From Octopus vulgaris (lineage: Eukaryota): DNA of 64,000 nucleotides. The stretch lies in the NCBI GenBank assembly GCA_951406725.2, contig OX597832.1, positions 55,180,001 through 55,244,000 on the forward strand, given 5' to 3'. The notes under the pieces were generated by a model. That model was given only the letters and a program-made list of their open reading frames with translations. It was not told the origin of the DNA and did no database searches. How positions within the stretch are numbered: position 1 is the stretch's first letter; each line of letters begins with the position of its first letter. Made by a program: the position numbers and the translations under genes. Below are positions 55,937 through 64,000 of the stretch, in pieces.

Positions 55937-56061
55937 ATTATGATTATTATTATTATTATCATCATCATCATTATTTTCGGAAGAGCAGTCTGCCGGACAC
56001 GTCTCTCGGTCAAAAACTGGTGTTGCATCTTTTGGTACGCGCGCACGCGCACATATGTATA

Positions 56062-56357
56062 TAGGAGTGGGTGTGATAAGAAGCTTGCTTCTCAACCACA
56101 TGGTTCTGAGTTCAGTCCCACTGCATGGCAACTTAGGCAAGTGTCTTTTTATTGTCGAACCACTAAGTTACGGGGACGTATACACATATATACAACGGGC
56201 TTCTTTCAGTTTCCGTCTTACCAAATCTACTCACAAGTCTTTGGTCGACCCGAGGCTACAGTCGAAGACGGTTGCCCAAGGTGCCACGCTGTGGGACTGA
56301 ACCCGGAACCATATAGTTGGTAAGCAAGCTACTTACGACACAGCCACTCCTGCGCCT
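56062..56357. mobile_element. Two family A SINE pieces fused in inverted orientation (+ 56062-56148; - 56150-56357)
   Basis: A plus-strand head up to ggcaagtgtctt, then a minus-strand copy ending cagccactcctgcgcc. Confidence 0.85.
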
Positions 56358-56371
56358 ATAGTATATATATG

Positions 56372-56454
<83 letters not shown>

Positions 56455-56757
56455 GACGGTCTTTTTTCTTTTTCCGTCCGCCAAATGTATTCTCAAAGAG
56501 CTCTGGTTGGTTGAGTTATAGTAGAAAGCACTTTGCGTGTGTGTGTGTGAGGACACACGTGCGTGCATACACTCGAGCAGGAGTGTGAACAAAGGAAGTA
56601 GAGTAGCACTCAACACATTTGTTTGGAGTTTTAAGTATTTGATAACGGCCTAACTCATCCCACATCACTTGAAAACGTTTTTGTGGGCGCAACGACAACT
56701 TCCACGTCGATCGGATGTACGCAATCAGGGCGAAGAGAATTTGAAAGGAATCTTAGA

Positions 56758-57105
56758 ACGGCGTGACTGTTTGGTCAGAAGCTTGCTTCCCAATCACATG
56801 GTTTCGGGTTCAGTCCCGCTGCGTGGCACCTTGAGCGAGTGTCTTCTACTATAGCTTCAAGCTGACCGAAATCTTGTGAGTGAATTTGGTTGACGGAAAC
56901 TGAAAGAAGCCCATCATATAAAGATATATGTATGTGTGTGTGTTGGTGTTGGTTTGTTTGCGTCCCCGTAATGTAGCGGTTCGGGGTAAAAGAGATCGAC
57001 TGAATACGTACCAGGCTTTAAAAATAAGTCCTGGGGTCGATTCATTCGACTAAAAATTCAAGGCGGTGCCCCAGTATGGCCGCAGTCTCATGACAAGTAA
57101 AACAT
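56758..57105 (+). mobile_element. SINE family A, diverged
   Basis: Head and tail motifs are recognisable. Confidence 0.85.
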
Positions 57106-57132
57106 AAACAGATAATGGAGACTGTTTGTTCA

Positions 57133-57353
57133 AGAAAGCCATTTAAAAAATCGATAAACCGACCCCTTATGCCCATAAGTTATGGGCATAGGGGCATTGC
57201 CGAAGTCCAATGAATATCAATTACTCTCATAAAAAGCTCCAACTCGCTCATAAGCAACAAAACTTGCCCGGGCTGAAATGTGATAAGAAATTTAGCTCTT
57301 GATTTAGTGAGAATTTTTTACTGCAACCCGGCATCGCCGGGTCATAGTGCTAG
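57133..57353 (+). mobile_element. Helitron-like 3' half
   Basis: Hairpin cccgg-catcg-ccggg (57327-57341) followed by CTAG (57350-57353) and T. Confidence 0.7.
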
Positions 57354-57354
57354 T

Positions 57355-57682
57355 GCATGCATATACAGCTGCGTGTGTGCGCACATACACGCGAGTACTG
57401 TCCAAATCTCCGACCAAACACATACAGCTAGCTGGCATTCAATTGGCGTATCAAGTTTCGGGCATTTTGATTGGGTTTTGGATAGAAAATTCACAAAAAT
57501 GTCACTTCTATTGATTTTTTAATGGCTTTGCGGGGTGACTGGGGAAATGTAAAGATGTGCACAACCACCCTTGGACGGTTTTGAATTACCATAGAAAGTG
57601 CGAGCCCTCTAACTGAAAAATTGTGGATTTGTATAAAGGACACACACACAGACATTTTGCCGTTTATATATATAGAGAGAGA
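57355..57682 (-). mobile_element. Helitron-like 5' half on the opposite strand
   Basis: Minus strand reads TC...tatatatataaacggcaaaatgtctgtgtgtg, the same style of start as the 17643 element. Confidence 0.6.
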
Positions 57683-58276
57683 TGACTCTGACGAAACAGT
57701 AAGTTGTTGCACTGTCACTCTGTCCTGGATACCAGAAACAACTGCAAGCTAATGAGGAGGATTACGTGACGCCCGTTTCTTTTGTCATTCATTAATTGAT
57801 ATTATGCTCTGTAAAATGCTGTGATTATATTGAGTTCTAGCAACTGGTTATTTGTATCGTTATGGCTAAGCAATGTATGTGTTGTGTTTTTGCTTGGACC
57901 GGTGCATCTGTGTGTAGTGTGCAGCGTATCTGCATGGAATTCGACACAGTTTAACTATTATGTAAAAATGTGTGAACAGCAAACTCGCAGACCGAAAGAC
58001 TGGGTTATATGGGACAGATGTTTCGTTAGAGAATTTCTGTAACTTGAGCCCAGTTTTCATTCCCTTCCCCCACCCCCAGCCCACCCCACCCCCCGTTATA
58101 TTATTATGAAAGTGGCGTCCTTCACATTTCACTAAAGCTGAAATATTACTATTATTAGTAATAATAATAATAGAAAAATACAATTTTTTTTTTAAATATT
58201 CCTTTGAAAATAGAAGTGTGTTTCTTGAAAGCAATTTAGCTGTTAATTGGTTATTTCGTAGTTGTTCTAACATCTG

Positions 58277-58324
<48 letters not shown>

Positions 58325-58480
58325 CAAATTCATTTAAGTCATTACGTAAATGCTTATCTTCTTATTTCTAATTATTCAAACTGATGACACGGTGACCTTA
58401 TCTCCCTTGAAATTAGTACTCTTGTTTGTCAGAAACGAAGCTATGTAATCACAACAAAAAAAAACTGCCACTTCCTTATT

Positions 58481-58551
<71 letters not shown>

Positions 58552-59939
58552 TCGGTAATATTCTGCTAGGAACTCCGCAGTTTAATGGCTGACGATTCGT
58601 CGTACATTTGTTTGTTAACCTCAAACGGTTTTCTCAGGTTATCCAAAACGTTGTTTTCCGCTTTTCCTTTTGTCAAATAAAAATTCACCCGGGAAGACTC
58701 GATTCATTTTAAAGCCGCGTTCTCCTCCGCTCTTATTCTTCCACTTGTTATTTCTTTTTCTCGCGATTATTTAATCTCGTCGAAACAATACAAAGGGATA
58801 CATGAATTCAAAATGTTACATAAAAACATTAACTATTTTCCTTCTTTGTGCTGTGCTATACTAACACAGTTTTAGTTTCACTTTTGACATTGCTGTTGTT
58901 AAAATTCCAGGCCAACTTATATTCAACAGACTCTTTATCCTTGCCTCTTTTCTGAGATACTTCTTGAAGGAATGCATTAACAATTGCGCCTTTCTCATTT
59001 TAGAACGGCACAGTGTGAAGTACTGGGGTGAAGTTGGTTGCTGTTTTTAGCAAATCAAACAACCACGTAGCGGCTACTTTGTTGCAACGTCTTCTTTTCG
59101 TTCATTACACCTTGCTTCGGTCTCCTCAACTGCGACACATGGCGTGCAAAAAGGTGAGAGGGTGACTCAGGAGTCACCATCACATTTTTGTATTCGGCGA
59201 ATGGTACAACCCTTACTATGAGAAGGCGGCGAGCTGGCAGAATCGTTAGCACGCCGCGCGAAATGCTTAGCGGTATTTCGTCTGCCGCCCTCTCAACGCA
59301 TGGCTATGATGCTCCCCCACTACTTCTACTCGTGATCAGAGATGCACATATCGTCAGCCACAAAGGGACATGCTCAATTGGTTAAGATCAAACAATTGAC
59401 AAGCAAATCTGTGGTATTGAGCAGAATATTTGCTGTAGACCATCTTTTATACCAAGACAAAACAATGTACATGATAACACTTCCAATCAGTTAAGATCAG
59501 AAGCCACGAGATCCACTGCCTGGTACTGCATCAGGGCATTTATTATTATCATTATCATTATTATCATCATTATTATTATTATTATTATTATTATAGTAGT
59601 GGTGTCGTTTGTAGCCGTCCATATTGACATTCTAGCTCGTCTCGTCATCAAAGCGACAACACACAATCAATACTGACTCTCGTAAGTAGTGCAGTTTACA
59701 TACACCGACTATAAACATACACACACACACACAAATCACTACAGTGTATTATTTATGCATATGCTTCTCAGTGTATACACACATTACACACCCTCACACT
59801 TCCATTATATACGCACACGGATGTACCTGGACGTGTTTTCCTTTTTTGTGTATCCCCCCCTCTTTTCTTTCTTCTCTCATATTGCTGACGCGACTCATCG
59901 CTGTATTCACACTTACGGTTATACAATGACGCACTGTGT

Positions 59940-60262
59940 AACACCTTGGGCACGTGTCTCCTACTATAGCCTCGAGCCGGCCAAAGGCTTGTGAGTGGAT
60001 TTGGTAGACGGAAACTGAAAGAAGCCCGTCGTATATATATATATGTTTGTGTGTCTGTGTTTGTACCCCCAACATCGCTTGACAACCGATGCTGGTGTGT
60101 TTACGTCCCCGTAACTTAGCGGTTCGGCAAAAGAGGCCGATAGAATAAGTACTTGGCTTACAAAGAATAAGTCCTGGGGGTCGATTTGCTCGACTAAAAG
60201 GCGGTGCTCCAGCATGGCCGCAGTCAAATGACTGAAACAAGTAAAAAAAAAAAAAAAAAAAG
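59940..60262 (+). mobile_element. SINE family A, 5'-truncated, with poly(A) tail
   Basis: caccttgggc...gactgaaacaagtaaaaaaaa. Confidence 0.88.
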
Positions 60263-60312
60263 AGTATTTAAAGTTACGTATTTTTAGCCAATGAATTGTA
60301 AGTCAGTCCTCA

Positions 60313-60661
60313 AAGCGGAAGTCGGAACTGTTTGTTGTCATGGTAATTCCACTTCATTAATTAATTCCCTCTCAGAAGTGTAATTTACAAGTCATTCTAT
60401 TACATTAGTTTATTTAATCATTGTTTTGTTTTATTGACTGACAGTTTTTTGTGTTTTCGTTTCATTTCGGCTGTTATTTCTAGCGGCAGGTCGAAAAATA
60501 TTATTTCATCATTGTTTTCTTTCAATTAAATTCTTTAAAAAAAGAAAAAAAAATTAAAAAAAAACAAACATTTTCCCTTCTTGTCTGCATTTTCAACGTG
60601 TTTGTTTGTTTGTTTGTTGCCATGGCAACTGTAGTTTTACAAACAACTTCGACTTCCGCTT
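60313..60661. promoter_or_regulatory. Candidate cis-regulatory module: RFX X-boxes plus inverted GCGGAAGT (ETS-like) sites
   Basis: Perfect GTTGCCATGGCAAC at 60616-60629; X-box-like GTTGTCATGGTAAT at 60334-60347; AAGCGGAAGTCG (60313-60324) and its exact reverse complement (60650-60661). Confidence 0.55.
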
Positions 60662-60890
60662 GTGATGATGACACTGGATTAATTTCATTGGTTAAAAAAT
60701 ATATAACTTTAAAAGCTTCCATCTTGTTAGCTATTAATTTTTCTAAACAATGAAAGCGACATTCATTATTCGCGTGCAAAACTACGTCTGTGTGGAGAAT
60801 TTGATAACAATCCATTAAGAATTGGAAAATCTTCAAGTGGTCGGAAAAAAAAAACCGAAAATAATAATTATAAAAATATAAAAAAAAAAG

Positions 60891-61315
60891 ATGGAGTGGC
60901 TGTGTGGTAAGTTGCTTGCTTACCAACCACATGGTTCCGTGTTCAGTCCCACTGCGTGGCACCTTGGGCTAGTGTCTTCTACTGTAGCCTCGGGCCGACC
61001 AAAGCCTTTTGAGTGGATGAGTGGATTTGGTAGACGGAAACTGAAAGAAGCCCATTGCATATATGTATGTATGTATGTATGTGTGTGTATATGTTTGTGT
61101 GTGTGCGTGTGTGTTTGTCCCCCAACATCGCTTTACAACCGATGCTGGTGTGTCTACGTCCCCGTAACTTAGCGGTTCGGCAAAAAGAGACCGATGGAAT
61201 AAGTACTAGGCTTACAAAAGAATAAAGTCCCGGGATCGATTTTTCTCGACTAAAAAAAAAAGGCGGTGCTCCAGCATGGCCTCAGTCAAATGACTGAAAC
61301 AAGTAAAAAAAGAGT
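60891..61315 (+). mobile_element. SINE family A, full length
   Basis: ggagtggctgtgtggtaag...gactgaaacaagtaaaaaa. Confidence 0.9.
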
Positions 61316-62633
61316 AAACGAGAGATAGATAGAGAGAGAGAGAGAGAGGGGGTAATCTATTTAACACCACGTAGGACATTCACCGATATAGATGGCTGCC
61401 AATTTATGAAAATATTATTTTAATAATTACCAATACACTAGAGACGAACAGAACAAATTAGATAAATAAATAAATAAATGAATGCAAATTTGCTGCGACA
61501 GACTCCCCTCCAACATGGATGCCTGCGTCTTTCAAATCCAACACCTAATTCCTTAATCCTTGATGACGTCTCCATTGTCTTATAGAGAAGGATATCGATC
61601 GTTTTTTTTTTCTATCATTATTGTTGTTTGTTTGTTGTTGTTGTTATTGTTCGTGTTTGTTTGTTTTCTCTGCACGCAAAGCAGTAACAATAGGAGTTTG
61701 TACTTGAATAAATAGGAATATCGCATCGAGACTTCTGACAGACGACACAAGCCTTCCCCGCTCTCTTCTCTTCGCTCGCTCGCTCGCTCTCTCTCTCTCT
61801 CTGTCTTTATCTCGTGCACGCGCATTCTGTCACAAATCAATCTTTCCTCTTTTTTTGTTTTGTGTTTTTTGTTTGTTTTTTGTTTTTCTTTTGCTTTCGA
61901 AATGTTTGCAACCTCACATCTATTGATTCCCTGTCTTTATTTATTCATTTATTTTGTCTATGCTTCATCTTGATGTACGCCAATAAACGAGTGTCGGTGT
62001 GTGTGTGTGTGTGTGTGTCTGTATGTCTGTGTGTTTGTGTGTACGTGCATGCGAACGTATGCGTGTGTTTTCCTGCGTTTCTGGTTCTCTTCTGTATCCG
62101 TGTATACCATTTGCGTGGTTGAGATAGAAACAACCTCTTTACAAACATCCTCGCGCACAAACAATGCACTTACTAACACACACACACACACACATACACA
62201 TGTACTCACAACTCAACACACACACACACACATTGACACTCGATTTATCCACGTAATTACACACGCATACACTCCCACGCAAACATACACAAACACACAC
62301 AAAGAACTCGTACCAATACACATACGTACATGACTACACACGGACATATTCAGCAAAGAGACACACACACACACATATACTTACATATACCTATTTCTTT
62401 ATTACCCACAAGGGGCTAAACATAGAGGGGACAAACAAGGACAGACATATGTATTAAGTCGATTACATCGACCCCAGTGCGTAACTGGTACTTAATTTAT
62501 CGACCCCGAAAGGATGAAAGGCAAAGTCGACCTCGGCGGAATTTGAACTCACAACGTAACGCAGACGAAATACCGCTAAGCATTTCGCCCGGCGTGTGTA
62601 TACATACGTACACCGACATCTTTTCAAGCATAT

Positions 62634-62696
<63 letters not shown>

Positions 62697-62734
62697 AAGA
62701 AACGCACACAGGTACACATCTATGGTCTTTTATT

Positions 62735-63265
62735 CTTTTACTTGCTTCAGTCGTTTGACTGCGGCCATGCTGGAGCACTGCCTCTTAGTCGAAGAAATTG
62801 GCCCCAAGACTTATTCTTATAGTACTTATTCATTTCTACTCTAGGCGCAAGGCTCGAAATTTTGGGGGAAGGGTGGGGGCCGAGTCGATTACATCGACCC
62901 CAATGCGTAACTGGTACTTATTTAATCGACACCGAAAGGATGAAAGGCAAAGTCGACCTCGGCGGAATTTGAACTCAGAGCGAAAAGACGGATGAAATAC
63001 CGCAAAGCATTTCGCTCGGCGTGCTAACGTTTCTGCCAGCTCGCCGCCTTCTTATAGTACTTATTCTGTCGGTCTCCTTTGCCGAACCGTTCGGTTACGG
63101 GAACGTAAACACACTAACATCGACCGTCTGGTGATGTGGGGAGACAGACAGACAGACACAGACACATACACACACAAATACGCTCACACACACACACACA
63201 CACATATATATACATATATACGACGGGCTTCTTTCAGTTTCCGTCTACCAAATCCACTCACAAGG
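62735..63265 (-). mobile_element. SINE family A interrupted by a family B SINE
   Basis: A-family sequence resumes after the B insertion. Confidence 0.85.
62832..63048 (-). mobile_element. SINE family B with an 18-bp TSD
   Basis: ttcttatagtacttattc at 62814-62831 and 63049-63066. Confidence 0.92.
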
Positions 63266-63650
63266 ATATACACCGACATCTCCAGAAAGCACGCACGCAC
63301 ACATACATACATACATACATTCACACACACACTTTCACTCGTATACAAACTTAAACTCACGCACACATACGTACACACACACACGTCCATATATTCATAC
63401 GAATATACGCATATACACGGACAACTCCACAAAGCGCCCACACACACACACACATACACACAAGCACACACACACACACACATGCTAATATGCTCGTCGG
63501 TGTAGCAGATGGTCAACAAGTTTTAAATAACTATTTGCTGTTCTATTAGTTGTTTGTCCAGTCTCAAGCTATCAACGATAAATCACAATTGTAAAACCGT
63601 GAGATGAAGAGGTAGAGTGTGCGGCGAAAGAGAGAGAGAGAGAGAAGCAC

Positions 63651-63718
<68 letters not shown>

Positions 63719-63720
63719 GG

Positions 63721-63754
<34 letters not shown>

Positions 63755-63788
63755 GGAGATAGATAGATAGATAGATAGATAGATAGGG

Positions 63789-63830
<42 letters not shown>

Positions 63831-63849
63831 GGAGATAGATAGATAGATA
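63651..63849. repeat. (GATA)n microsatellite with periodic GGGA interruptions
   Basis: Direct observation. Confidence 0.97.
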
Positions 63850-64000
63850 ATGAAAGGTATGCAAAAAGGGGGGTATTTATTGTAAGACAAAGAGAGCGGT
63901 GCAAAGGTAAGGAGGGATGGCGAGGCAAGAAAAGCGATGGCGTTTATGAAGTGTTAATAACTCTCAGTTCGAGTGTTCTAATTATTTTCCATTTCTGCGC

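Noticed and set aside
58062-58094. C-run cluster (potential G-quadruplex on the minus strand)
   Set aside because: A real motif, but common in low-complexity DNA and with no supporting context.

Overview
AT-rich, microsatellite-saturated animal genomic DNA, probably intronic or intergenic. The repeat repertoire (several tRNA-headed SINE families, TA/CA/GA/ATT/GATA tracts) looks like Octopus or another coleoid cephalopod; this is inference. No complete protein-coding gene is visible, and essentially all ORFs in the track are translations of microsatellites or SINEs. Main structures: (1) a ~14.5 kb near-identical direct duplication (9094-23673 / 23774-38181) across a 100-N gap, most likely an uncollapsed contig or haplotype overlap. 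(2) A cluster of Penelope-like retroelement (PLE) remains at 39-52 kb: a decayed Naiad-type GIY-YIG endonuclease frame missed by the ORF track, two type I hammerhead ribozyme candidates each sitting in one arm of an inverted duplication, and a minimal hammerhead-like variant. (3) A six-copy head-to-tail SINE array spaced by (ATT)n. (4) Head-to-tail non-autonomous Helitrons and one rearranged Helitron. (5) MITEs with TIRs and TSDs, and a 114-bp minisatellite. (6) A mirrored RFX X-box plus GCGGAAGT promoter-like module, and a few candidate isolated exons. SINE boundaries are approximate (about +/-10 bp) unless a TSD is quoted. Repeat family and domain names are from recall and were not checked against databases.
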